DNA of 64,000 bases from Podarcis pityusensis (Eukaryota): the NCBI GenBank assembly GCA_964106645.2, contig OZ067050.1; one strand, written 5' to 3'. Positions 13,387-25,368 of this stretch are shown here, piece after piece. Each line of letters opens with the position of its first letter. The stretch's first letter is position 1. The notes beneath the pieces were generated by a model. That model was given only the letters and a program-made list of their open reading frames with translations. It did not search any database and was not told the DNA's origin. Both the position numbers and the translations under genes were made by a program.

Positions 13387-13743
13387 AAAGGTAAAGGTTA
13401 AGGGACCCCTGACCATTAGGTCCAGTCGTGGCCGACTCTGGGGTTGCAGCGCTTATCTCGCTTTACTGGCCGAGGGAGCCGGCGTACAGCTTCCGGGTCA
13501 TGTGGCCAGCAGGACTAAGCCGCTTCTGGCGAACCAGAGCAGCGCACGGAAACGGCATTTACCTTCCCGCCGGAGCAGTACCTATTTATCTACTTGCACT
13601 TTGACGTGCTTTCGAACTGCTAGGTTGGCAGGAGCTGGGACCGAACAACAGGAGCTTACCCCGTCGCGGGGATTCGAACCACCGACCTTCTGATCGGCAA
13701 GTCCTAGGCTCTGTGGTTTAACCCACAGCGCCACCCGCATCCC
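13387..13743 (-). mobile_element. Sauria SINE (Squam1, Podarcis-type), part of a chimeric insertion
   Basis: tRNA-like head with B box GGTTCGAATCC, (ACCTTT)n-type tail. Confidence 0.92.
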
Positions 13744-14565
13744 TTAAGGCTTCCATATTAGGCTCAAATAGTCGCTCTCTGGTGCTGAGCAACAATTGTC
13801 CCTGAGCAGACAAAGAAGCCCTGTGAAATGGATATAGGGAACACCCCCCCTTCCCCTGTGCTATTCAGTCCACCACAATTTAACAACGATTGATATAAAA
13901 GGGCATAGGATCACTAGTATAATTACTGGGCAGACACAGAGCACTTTATGTTTCATCAGGTGAAAATGAAATGCTGAGTGTAAATGTTCATATTGGAAAA
14001 GTGATCACGTTGGTTCTTCATTTACATATTTAACCCAGTGTATCTGGTACAGGCAGAGATTTGGTTTAGAGAATAACAGGAGGGCTAGCATGTATTTGTA
14101 TTCACACAATTTTAATGTCAATCTAGTTGGTGTTTAAAAGAAACCTTACTATCTATATTTTTAAAGAAATTAAATTCTGATTTATTTATTTTTAGAAAAA
14201 TCCAATTTAAATCTGGTTTTCATCCACCCTGTCAGACACAGACCCTTTAGCCTTAGGCTTAGGGCTTGTCCCTTCTCCCAGCTTCCAATCCTGTATGAGT
14301 TTCTTAGCATTGAGGCAGAAGAAGCACAGCTCATCCCAACAGCTTTGTAATAGTCATGTGCAGCTACCCTTCTCGAAGTTCCTGGTCCCCTTCCCATTAC
14401 TCCAGAAGTAGAAACTCCATCACAAGGCCTGATCCTCCATCCCAATCCACACTTTCTGAGTCGTGACTATGTGGTGTTAAGGAATCAGAATAGGCGGTGT
14501 GTTCATTTAGGTAATTCAGGAACAATCATAACTACCCAGTAGGTAGAATAAGATGCGCAATAGTG

Positions 14566-15275
14566 TGTGGAGTTAGGTGAGTTCCCCGGAATGCGAAGAC
14601 AAGCTCCAGTGGATGGAGTGGAAGAGACCAATTCGGGGTACAATGGTCTAGAAGACGGTTTCTGCACATGCTGTAGAGGGAAATGAAGGGCAGGTGAGGT
14701 TCGTCTACCTGGGAAGGGAGCCCATCTATTTTATTTTATTTTTGAATTTGCATTTTATTTATTTGTTAACATTCTTATATTACATCGGTAAATGTCATAT
14801 TACATCCCCAGTAGACAGATTCAGAGTAATACAAGAAATATTATAAATCTGCTGGAATACCTGGATTTAAGAATAGATAAGCTGGCCATTTTAAGGGCAG
14901 TGGACGCGGAGAAAGCCTTTGACAATGTATCCTGGAAGTTTATGAAGGGTATGTTGCAACAGGGAGCCCATCTAGGAGAAGGAAAACCACCCTCCTCCTC
15001 CCCTGCCTTGTGGGATATCTTCGGGAGAAGAAAAGGCTAGGGAGTAAACCCGACACAAAAACAGAGTCCCTAAGATGGTGGGATGGCGCCTTGTACACCT
15101 TCCCTCAACTCCCACAGCCAAGCTGGTGCCAAATGTATTGCTCTGCTTTCCTTTGGACCGCAATAGCGAGGCTGAGAGGGAGGTCTTGATGTCTGGGCAG
15201 CCCAGGGACCTCCACACACACTGCCAGACTGGACTTCATCCCCGGAGGTGCACTCCATTGCCTCTTGAGACAGAC
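14566..15275 (+). mobile_element. RTE-like/unclassified interspersed repeat interrupted by an L1 insertion
   Basis: Homologous to an inverted copy at 55311-55625; family assignment tentative. Confidence 0.5.
14729..14960. mobile_element. Short L1 insertion with RT fragment (SRQIQSNTRNIINLLEY...DAEKAFDNVSW)
   Basis: 14-bp TSD AGGGAGCCCATCTA at 14715-14728 and 14961-14974; DAEKAFD is an L1 RT motif. Confidence 0.85.
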
Positions 15276-15418
15276 AGCAAATCAAAAGTACATTAAGTTT
15301 CCTTCAAGGAGGTCTATCAAAGGACTCACTTCAAATGCGCTGAAGAGACGAGTGCTATCTGAGTCATTTGCTCCTTCTGATTGTGAGTTTTCTGAGGGCA
15401 ACATGACCGCACCTGCAG

Positions 15419-15538
15419 CAGGGCTTTTTTAAAGCAGGAACTGAAAAAACCTCAGGTGGGCTCCATTGCCATTATAAGAGAACAAGGGAGGTATTTGTGG
15501 TGAGTTCCAGCACCTCTATTTCTAGAAAAATAGCACTG
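15419..15538. mobile_element. hAT-type MITE
   Basis: CAGGGCTTTTTT...AATAGCACTG termini; TSD ACC(T/G)GCAG. Confidence 0.7.
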
Positions 15539-16013
15539 ACCGGCAGTGATATAAAGGTTGCCCTCTCGAAATTGGAATCTAAGTGATAAACTCTATTTCT
15601 TATAGATGAGTCACTTTCTCTTAACTATCATCTCTACAGCATGAGTGCTGCAGTTCAGGGCCCCGCTGGAAAACCTTTAATAAAGAGATGTCTCCAGAAC
15701 AAACCTTTCCTAGATGGCTGCTTTTCCAACAACTTCTTGATAGTTATCCTTCAAAACTGGGGAGGGTGGGCAGCCTGGACTGTTATTCTATGTTCCAGTC
15801 GTTCGGCATGGTACCCTTGAGAACAGCCAACTTGGCTCCTTACCTCTCAGTTGTTTTTTGGGTAATCTGAGGTGCCACCCCAACCAGCCCGCCTGGACCC
15901 AAATGATTACAGTTTAAATACAAGAGAGAAAGGGGGGGGGGGACACAAGAGACAACTCACAAAAAGGGTGTGTGACCTAGTTTTGAAAACCATGGTCATG
16001 ATATGATTAAGAG

Positions 16014-16245
16014 CAGCGCTTTTTGGGGGGGACAGGACGCAGGGGTACGCATGCCCCTAAATATTTTGTGAATCTAACGGGAGAAGAAACTAAAAATTTA
16101 ATTTTTGTTTAGTTTCTTCTCTAGCACTGTGAATCGTCAGTTCCATTGCTACCCCCAATGGCGGCCTCATTTCCTGTCATGGTGTTTCCTGAGTCTCAGA
16201 TGGAATGAGAGTACCCCTAAACATTTTTTTTAGAAAAAAGCACTG
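16014..16245. mobile_element. hAT-type MITE (same family as 32258-32422)
   Basis: TIR CAG(C/T)GCTTTTT; perfect TSD ATTAAGAG. Confidence 0.85.
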
Positions 16246-16360
16246 ATTAAGAGGACAACTATTGGGTAAAGATCCAACAAACTTTAAATAATGAGCTGAT
16301 TTTGTCTATGAAGAATGTGGTAACTGAGTTCGTGTGTGCTGAAATTTGGTCTATACCCTA

Positions 16361-16988
16361 GGGTTATAACTTTTCAACCTCATGTTCCTGTAGCTTAGTT
16401 AGATGAACTTTTGCCTAAAAACAAAGGAATGAACTGTCATTTCCAAAGCTTTCGAAAAAGTCACCCCAAAATCAATAAATCAATTTTTGTATATGTAACT
16501 GTATAATGTAATATGCATAGTACAGTATGTATTATAATATAAGAAAAATAGATATTGCAAATTTTCTAATACAGTACTTGAATAATGTTTTGTACATTGT
16601 CCATCACTTCTTATTGCTTAGAATAAATTGAGGTTGCAGTTTGCCTTTGTTTCTGCTGCAAGCACCATAAAGTTCCCGCATCGCTTTGATTGCACATTTT
16701 TTCTATAGACCAATATTTGAATTCTTCTAGAACATTCTAAACAGTTTTATGAAGTTCCAGACAGTTCTGGAACAGTTCCATAAAGTTCTAAACAGTTCCA
16801 TAAAGTTTTTAAAAGTGCTAATACTTAGGAGTAACATTACATATACAGTGATTCCAACTTTTCATTTCGTGGTGACCTTTCTTCACAACTGAGAAGTATT
16901 AGTCCTCTAGTTAGTGTTTCTAAGCAAAAGTTCATCCCTTTATGATACAGGAAACCTTTTTTTAAAAAAAGTCAAAAAGTTATAACCC
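16361..16988. mobile_element. Putative non-autonomous DNA transposon with GGG...CCC termini
   Basis: 14-bp TIR GGGTTATAACTTTT/AAAAGTTATAACCC, TA flanks, internal ~10-bp tandem repeats at 16720-16810. Confidence 0.55.
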
Positions 16989-17258
16989 TAATATACACAA
17001 ACCCAAAGTTCCTGAATTCTCCTTTTATTGCCACAATTTATAGCCTTCCGTTGTGCAAGGCAGCTGTCCCCTGCCCGCTGTAAATGTTCAGACACACTTA
17101 GGTAATTTCCAGATTCCTCTGCTACCAAACAGTACACAGCACATTAATAGTTAAACCTGTTTTTTCCATCCATGCAGTAAGGGAGGCTGAAACGTTGGCA
17201 GCCCAAACACGTTGCTCACTTATTTTCCACTTACAGAAAAATATTTTTTCCTGCTTGT

Positions 17259-17277
17259 AGCCACTAGGTGGCAGGTG
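17259..17277 (+). promoter_or_regulatory. Candidate CTCF site
   Basis: CCACTAGGTGGCAG (17261-17274) fits the CCASYAGRKGGCRS core. Confidence 0.5.
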
Positions 17278-18840
17278 CCCACTGAATAAGAGACAATTTG
17301 CCAGAGAATGTGAAGTCTGTTGGAAACTGAGAATGTAGAGGATTTGTTTTTTTCTGTCTGCTGTGAAGCGACTCAGTTATTGCACTGCACCACTCATTCC
17401 TTCGACATTTTGAACATTGTCTGTCTGGCCAAGATGCACTTAATGTTTCATTATTAGGGGTTCAAGAAACCCGCTTCACACTTTTAAAAAGCAAAGCACT
17501 CCTCATTATGCAAAGCCTCATTTTTACAAACACACCTTATCCTTCTTCATACCGCTGACTTGCTGAAAACTAGCTATATTTATTTCATTAAAATGTGTCC
17601 AGTCTGCCTTTCTAATAGGAGGCAGCTAAAAGCATCAGTAAAAGCTATAACTGCAAGATGGATAAAAACACAATAAAGATACAGTCAAGACTAAAACATC
17701 ACTACTTAGAAGAAGAACCCAGAAAGATAAGCCACAAGAAGCAGTAAAAACCAAAGTTCACCCAAATCATTAAGAATGGAAGGATTTCCTTTAAAAGATG
17801 GGACAAGGCAGAACATCGGAAGTCTCTGCATTCCCACCGGAAAAGCCTGAGAGTGAGAGCAGTGCAAGGGCAACACCCCTTGAAATTCATGTTGAACCCA
17901 CTAGCAATATTGCTGGGTGGCACCCTAGGAGAACATAGAATCATAGACTTGGAAGGGGCCCTGAGGGACATCTAGTCCAACCCCCCACAATGCAGAAGGT
18001 GAATTGTCTTCCAGATGTTGGGATCCAGCCCCCAGCCCCCGTTCCTGAATATTGTCTGTGCTGGCTGAGGTTGATTTATATGCCCACATTTTCAATACTA
18101 TAGTGGATAGACAGAATGATAACAAGAGAAGCATTTGCCTTTTCAGGTTGTGAAGAAGCAGGCTGCAGGCTGCAGTCGGTTGTTGCTTCAACAAGTACTG
18201 TGGACTCAGTGAAATTTTGGAAAGTGAACTCCACCAGCTGCTTGAGCCAAAATAATTGATTAATGTCGGCCTATGCAAAGTTTGAGCCTCTGCAGGATAA
18301 GGGGAGGCGGGGGGGGGGGGCAGAAATGCTTTGGATTATATCAACTCAGGACAATCATAAAAACCGAAGGGAACAGCTGAAATTGACGTCATCCGGACAT
18401 CTTCTGGTCTGCTCAAATTGGTGATTTGGGTTAGCATTGTGGGTGGCACAATTATTCCTGTGTTAAAATTCAGTTCCACTGAGCTGACCCTCTCTGCTAC
18501 TTTCCTGCCTCTTGTTATTTAGGCAATTTCTATACTGCTTAAGATAAAGAAATATCTCTTTAAGTGTTGCTTAGCAAAGTAAAACAACAAATGTTAGCAG
18601 AAATACAATACAGCCATTCAAGCACGTTATTAATCAGTGCTAATATGAATCCCTTCTTCTGACACACTTCCCCATTCAGCACCTTGCAGTCTCCTCGCCC
18701 AGGACTCCACCCCACCTCTCACCCACGCACACCTTACATGCCAAGATGGATATTTGTCCCAAGAGAGAGGCTACTGTGGGAACCCTCTTCTGGGGCCATG
18801 ATCCATAGGAGGATTTGCTTGGGACCATGCTCTATGTGTT

Positions 18841-19143
18841 GAGAGCTGCTGTGATGTAGTGGTTAAAAGTGATGGATTAGGACCTGGGAGACCAGGGTTC
18901 AAATTCCCACTCTGCTGCCATGAAGCTCCCTGGGTGACCTTGGGCCAGTCATAGAATCATGGAATTGTAGAGTTGGAAGGGACCCTGAGAGTCATCTAGT
19001 CCAACCCCCTGCAGGGCAGGAATTTGGTTCTCAGCCTGACCTTCCTCACAGGGTTGTTGTGGGGATTAAATGAGGAGGAGAAGGACCATGTACATGCCAT
19101 CTTGAGCTCCTTCAAGGAAAAGGTGATATATAAAGGCAATAAG
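18841..19143 (+). mobile_element. tRNA-derived squamate SINE (Squam3-like) containing an antisense CR1 3' tail (~18949-19022)
   Basis: TAGTGG A box, GGTTCAAATTCC B box, GGGTGACCTTGGGCCAGTCA core. Confidence 0.7.
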
Positions 19144-20478
19144 TAATTGTGTGTGAATGTGCAGTTCAAGGAGGGCTAAACCCCCTCTCAGCTCAACCCA
19201 GGCTCTGATCAGACCTCCAGATTAATTCTGTTAAATAGCAAATTAAAAACAGATGCATTTTGTTAAATAACCGTCAAGGGTGTCAAATGCCTCTCGGTGT
19301 TTAAAGGAATTGTATAATGTAAAATTTCCCTTTTCCACTAGGAGGATTTAAACATGAAGAAACTCTTTCTGGGTTGCAACTTGGCAACTCTCCTGTCCAA
19401 AAAAAATATTCAGTGCTTGAAACAGGAAAATAAAAAATTAAGTTGGCTCTTTCTCTGCATTGAAGATATCTTAGGATCTGTAATTTTTTTAATGCCTTTT
19501 CCTGACCTTTGGCCCTGGACTTCCTGAAAACCTTCTCCCCTGTGTATTGTAGTCATGATTCTTCCATTCCTAGTCAGCAAAGTTCTTCTCCCCTCACTAC
19601 ATTTTTGTTTAGATTTGTATATGCGATTTTTTCCCCTGGCGGTTGGGAGGGGGATGAAGGGAATAAGTAAAGCAACCCTGGACATTTTAATTAGGGGTGT
19701 GTCACAGATTTGGGCAAATCCTGGAATGAAAACCCCCAATGTGGGTCACTTTGAGAGATTGTGGGCTTGTCTGAGCTGAAATGAAATGAAATCACTCTTC
19801 ATTTTTCCAAAACAGGGTGTAGATTTGAACCCTGAACTGAACTCAGACTGAATCTTGAACTTTTCTGAAATTCTGAAGAGGGGTCTGAACCAATTCTTGT
19901 GGTTGGTGCACACCCCTAGTTTTAAAATGCTTCCTTCCAGTTAACAGATTTTCTTCTTCTTTGGGGAGGGGTACAAAGGGAGTACTGTTTGCTTCTTACA
20001 TTTGTACTGGATTAAAAAAAAAAAGATTCAGCTGTAAGAAGTGGAAACTATAAAAGTAAATATTTCCATCTAACGTTGCAGAACTGAAAATACTAAGAAG
20101 CTCTAACTGGGTCAATGCAAATTCACCACGGAGCCTCTTTGAACTGCGGTTGTGGAATTCTCTGCTATAGGATGTCCTAATTGCCCACCAACATAGATGT
20201 ATTCATGTGGGGTATTAGACAACTCCACAGAGTAGATCCCTCAATAGCTATTAGCCACAACAGCCCAGTAGACCTTGACCCCTGGGGCATTATGCCTCTG
20301 AATGCCATAATGCCTCTGAATGTCTGGTCAGGGTTTGCAAGAAGGTTCCTTAGTCTGATCCAGCCGGGCTCTGCTTATGGCCACTAAGTGAATGAGCATG
20401 AAACACTTTCTGAACACTCTTAGAATACAAGTGTCCCTATAGTTTCTGATTTGATCCCAGAATGTCCCGTTTTTCCTT

Positions 20479-20829
20479 AAAGGTAAAGGTTAAGGGACCC
20501 CTGACCATTAGGTCCAGTCGTGGCCGACGCTGGGGTTGCAGCACTCATCTCACTTTACTGGCCGAGGGAGCCGGCGTACAGCTTCCGGGTCATGTGACCA
20601 GCAGGACTAAGCCGCTTCTGGCGAACCAGAGCAGCGCACGGAAACGCCATTTACCTTCCCGCCGGAGCGGTACCTATTTATCTACTTGCACTTTGACGTG
20701 CTTTCCAACTGCTAGGTTGGCAGGAGCAGGGACCGAGCAACGGGAGCTCACCCCGTCGTGGGGATTCGAACCACCGACCATCTGATTGGCAAACCCTAGG
20801 CTCAGTGGTTTATCCCACAGCGCCACCCG
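20479..20829 (-). mobile_element. Sauria SINE nested in another repeat (~20430-21077)
   Basis: Near full-length SINE; host repeat with GATGTCCCTATTT...GTTGGAGG duplications continues past it. Confidence 0.92.
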
Positions 20830-21958
20830 GATGTCCCTATTTTCATTGGAGAAATGTTGGAGGTATGGAGTTATTCAATTCCTGAGCCATCTGAAGGCAA
20901 TCCTGTATAGGAAAGGTGTGTTTTTAAATGTTCAGTGTTTTATTATTTTTTTTATATGTTGGAAGCTGCCCAGAGTGGCTAGGGCAACCCAGTCAGATGT
21001 GTGGGGTATAAATAGTAAAATTATCATTGTGGAATGGGATGTCCCTATTTCCATCGGAGAAGTGTTGGAGGGTATGAGAATGGCACCCCAAAATGCTACT
21101 GTTGTGTCTACAAGCATATTCTTTGAGAGTAGAGATAGCAATTTCTGATTCCACATCTAGGAATTCAAATGCCAGAAGCTTTTTCGGTGAGCAGCAAGTA
21201 TCCAGTTAATTGGTCTGATGAACAAGAATATGAGTTAATTCTTTGATGATGAGAACACTTTTTGGATGAAAAAAAAAGTGTTAGGAAATCTAGCCTGGCA
21301 AGAGGGGTAGCGACTTTATAGAGGGATGATGTTTATTACTCCAAGGGGCTTTGTGTAGGAGTGGTAACATTTGTTCTGCCTCCCTCTGCTCTCTCAGGGA
21401 TGCAAAACTTTGAAATGTTGGGTTAGTGCCCATGAGAACCACGACAGCAGCCATGCCCCCAAAAGACAGCCGGCAGCCTTAACCTGTTGCCAGTTATTAC
21501 TGGGTTTTTGTTTGCAGATGCACAAATTATGTGTGATATGCATTAATGCCTCTGAAATTTAACACTCACTAAACAAAGCTTTCACACGCACAAACAATTC
21601 ACTTTTGGGAGCTTGAAGTTAATGCAGCTGTTTGAGTTTTCTTACAGCCAGAGGAACCTAAGTTTGGTATAAAATATGGACATTAGCTGGAGATGTGGTT
21701 TTCTATAAAATAAAATAGGGTTATAAAATCAATTTTAACACAATGAAATTATTATGGATAAAATTATTCTATAACATTTTAAAACCCTGTTAATTACCTC
21801 TGTGATTTTGCTGTTGGTTTTATTTCTCACTTAGGAAAGACATTAACTGCAAACATTTCCTCACTATTTGACCTGTGAAAGTAAAAGAAGTAAAAAATAA
21901 TCATTAATTTTAAAAATGAAAGCAATTCACTCCATTTTCCACAGTCCCCCATGCCAGT

Positions 21959-22312
21959 AAGGTAAAGGTAAAGTTACCCCTGCCCGTACGGGCCAGTCTT
22001 GCCAGACTCTAGGGTTGTGCGCTCATCTCACTCTATAGGCCGGGAGCCAGCGCCATCCGCAGACACTTCTGGGTCACGTGGCCAGTGTGACAAGCTGCAT
22101 CTGGCGAGCCAGCGCAGCACACGGAACGCCGTTTACCTTCCCGCTTGTAAGCAGTCCCTATTTATCTACTTGCACCCGGAGGTGCTTTCGAACTGCTAGG
22201 TTGGCAGGCGCTGGGACCGAACGACGGGAGTGCACCCCGCCGCAGGGATTCGAACCGCCGACCATGCAAGTCCTAGGTGCTGAGGTTTTACCCACAGCGC
22301 CACCCGCGTCCC
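21959..22312 (-). mobile_element. Sauria SINE, divergent subfamily
   Basis: 12-bp TSD CCCCATGCCAGT; different 3' stem region (CCCGTACGGGCCAGTC). Confidence 0.88.
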
Positions 22313-22684
22313 TCCCCATGCCAGTGGCTACAGGCATAGAATCACTCCTTAGTTAGGAATCATTCCACTGTGAACAGTTGAATAAGCTCGGCTGAATAAA
22401 AGTTTGATTCATACAGGGCCGGCCCACCCATGAGGCAAGGTGAGGGACTGCCTCTGGTGGCAAGATCTACAGGGGCAGCAGATCCCAATGTAGATCTTTA
22501 TTTCCCCTTTGTTTCTTATGTAGATCCTCACCTACCCTTTCTTCCCTGGAGAGGAGGGGAGCTATATATGTATATTTTAAGATTGCCCTGTTCAGAAAGT
22601 TTACCCCAGATTTAGGTTTCAAATATTTAGCATGTGACATTAAATAAGCTTGGTAATGTAGTTCCAAATTCGAAATACCAAATC

Positions 22685-22930
22685 TGTTATGTACTGAAGT
22701 TCTCACGCAGGGCCAGCAGGGGGATACTGTAGATAGTTATGCAAATGAAGGATCGAAAGTGACGTTCAGTGATTAGATAGTTTTAGAAAGTTGTTACAGT
22801 AACATTGCACTGGAGCTCTATATAAGCAGGCGGACTGAGCCCTTCAGTTCAGTTCTGTTTCAGCTTACAAATAAAGAGCTGCTTTGGAAGAATCGCTGTG
22901 TCGTCTGATATGTTCGCCCACAACTTAACA
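22685..22930 (+). mobile_element. Solo LTR
   Basis: TG...CA ends, perfect 5-bp TSD AAATC, TATATAA at 22819, AATAAA at 22870. Confidence 0.85.
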
Positions 22931-24364
22931 AAATCCTCCTTCTTTAATTTGTACTTGCATTTTTAGTAATGATATTCTTGGAATTGAAGAACCCTGCAGA
23001 CATTTCCTAAACAAAAAGTTTATTTCTGGAAAACATTTTTTCCAGATATTACGCACAACAACAGACATTGGGATTAATGGAAGTATGTTCATTGCTGTCA
23101 ATGGATCTGTGTATATCTAACATTGGATATTGCCCTTTCTTTCTTTCTTGTTTATCTATTCTACCTGTGTTTGGTTGAATGCTCTTAGAAATCTCTTGCA
23201 GTCGGGAAATTTTCAACTGGCAGCATGGTAAGCAGCTAGTTCTTGCTTATAGATAGGGAAAGGGTGGTTCTAAATGGTTCTAAATTAGTTCCTTCAGAGA
23301 ATGGCCTTTCCCAAAGTGGTCAGTGCTCAAATTAAAGGTTAGAGACTGCTGAAATTACCCAGGCATCCGTTTTCCTTCTGTGAAACAGTTGTGTATTTTT
23401 AAAACTTTATTTTTATTTTTCAAATACGAAATAACAATGGCTTGTGTGCTCCTCACGCACACTTCTCATGGTGCCCACACAACAAAGTGGGCATCAAAAT
23501 GCCAGCTCTTACTTCCGCCCTCTCCTCCCAGTTTAATCTGGATTTAGCCTTTTCAGGGTCTGGGTGTGTGGATTTGATAAAGATGCTTCTAGATGGGGCT
23601 TAATATTGTAAAGGGTTTTTTTTTAAATGTCACAAACAGGCTGCCGGCAACAGGTTTTTTTAACACATCATGTGGATGCTACAAAAATAAGTAAACCTAT
23701 GCCTGCATGAGGAGACTTCATCTCACAACAAACACCCAATATTGCACAGTAATAAAATATTATAAACGGCAAAACAAATACTTTAACACAATAACCATTC
23801 CCTTTCAAATAACATGATAAAAAATATATGTACAGAAATGCAGATCAGAAGCATGCCAAACCTGGCATATTGGGAGCTCCTGGAAAGCTGACAAAATCAT
23901 TAACACATCAGCTGGAGTAATTTTTTCCTCTGCTTACTTCAGTTGAACAGGTAAGTTTTCTCCTCGCCAAAATATGCCGGCATGTGTCTTGAAGCAAGTT
24001 CTGCACTGCTGTGATGCAGGGCATCCAGCAAGAGATTGGCTGCATCTCACAAGGACTAGGAGGAATATGCTTGGCAGGTGTTTTGCACACCTGGATGGGA
24101 GGACTTTAAATTAAATCCTGCAGGGGGAGACCCATGAAATCCTAGAAGAGAGAATGATACCATATATACAGGGGCCAGTGAGTGAAGCCAGGAGAACTAT
24201 GAGAGTGCACTACTATGGCTGCCATATGTCCAGGATTTCAAAGGCGGAATTGATGTCCAGGGGAGAGCATTTGAAAGGTGGCGCTTTGTCCTGGATCTTA
24301 GGCAAGTCATATGGCAACCCTAACATTACAATATGCATGGGAAAAACAATAAAGGAGAAGTCAG

Positions 24365-24852
24365 GATGTAAATCCCATTTTCTCTACACCAATGTGCAGA
24401 GAATGGGAAATAAATGATGATATCTTGACTTATGCAAGAAGGCAAGCATGATTTAAGCGGCATAACTGAAACATGGTGGGGTGAAATTCATGTCTAGAAT
24501 ATAAGGACTCTGTCGCAACACTTGAACTTGCGGACTTCTAATGAAGGCGAATGTTGGAAGATTCAAGACAGATTTTTAAAAAGTGCTTCTTCACCATGAT
24601 GGTAACCAACTTGGATGTCTTTAAAAGAAGTTTAAAGAGGATTTAAAAGAGGAGGAGAGGGCTAGCGATGCCTGCAGCTGGAGGCAGTAAAAACCAGTTG
24701 CGGGAAAGGATGGGAATTGAGAGTGCTTTTGTGCTGGTGTTCTGCTCGCTGGTTTCCCACAGGCATTTGGTTGGCCACTGTGAGAACAGGATGCTGGACC
24801 AGACGGGCCATTGGCCTGATCCAACAGGCTGTTCTTAAGCTCCTTATGTTCT
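24365..24852 (+). mobile_element. CR1 LINE remnants (endonuclease N-terminus plus 3' end)
   Basis: LYTNVQRMGNK...ITETWW motif with disruptions; tail CTTATGTTCTT. Confidence 0.65.
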
Positions 24853-24987
24853 TGCCCTGCTATTTCATAAAAACACAAGAAGAGCCTGCTGGATCAAGCC
24901 CATATAATCTAGCTTCCTGTTCACCAGATGCCTGTGGGAAACCTGCAATGTCATCTCCCAGAAGGTGGAAGAAGTTACCAGAGGATC

Positions 24988-25368
24988 AGCTCACCTTGGG
25001 AGGGACTAGGTAATGAAACCTTTGCTCCCTTTCAGTCTACCTGAGAAGCTTAGCGTTTGAAGAAGCTCTACTGGTTGCTGCAGCTTAGCCACATGGCTCC
25101 CACAAACCTCGCTTGACTTCCTATACCAATAATTTCGGAACTTTCACTACTTTGTAACGAAGCCGAGTTTTACTGCCTGTGCAACTGTTTCCAAAACTGC
25201 ATGGAAAAGCACATGAATTTGACCTTTGGAAAGTTTGTATGAAAACCATTTTTAACTTACCAAATGTGGTCTTTTTCTATGCTATGGGATGAGGGAAAGT
25301 TTGGAAGGAACTTAGAAGGGCATATTTTAAAGATGTAACAACCTATATCACCCATGCTTTACTTTGCT
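24988..25368 (+). repeat. ~370-bp dispersed repeat, copy 1
   Basis: Aligns by eye with 44868-45240 (AGCTCACCTTGGGAG...TTTACTTTG). Confidence 0.75.

Noticed and set aside
13370-13693. Recurring ~105-aa ORFs (KVKGPLTIRSS...GFEPPTF) at 13370, 20462, 33588, 38282, 40878 and 58066 that look like a gene family
   Set aside because: They are antisense readings of Sauria SINEs, not proteins
13267-13743. Assembly duplication as the cause of the 13.3 kb and 20.4 kb similarity
   Set aside because: The copies differ at many SINE positions and the 13.3-kb copy has its own TSD
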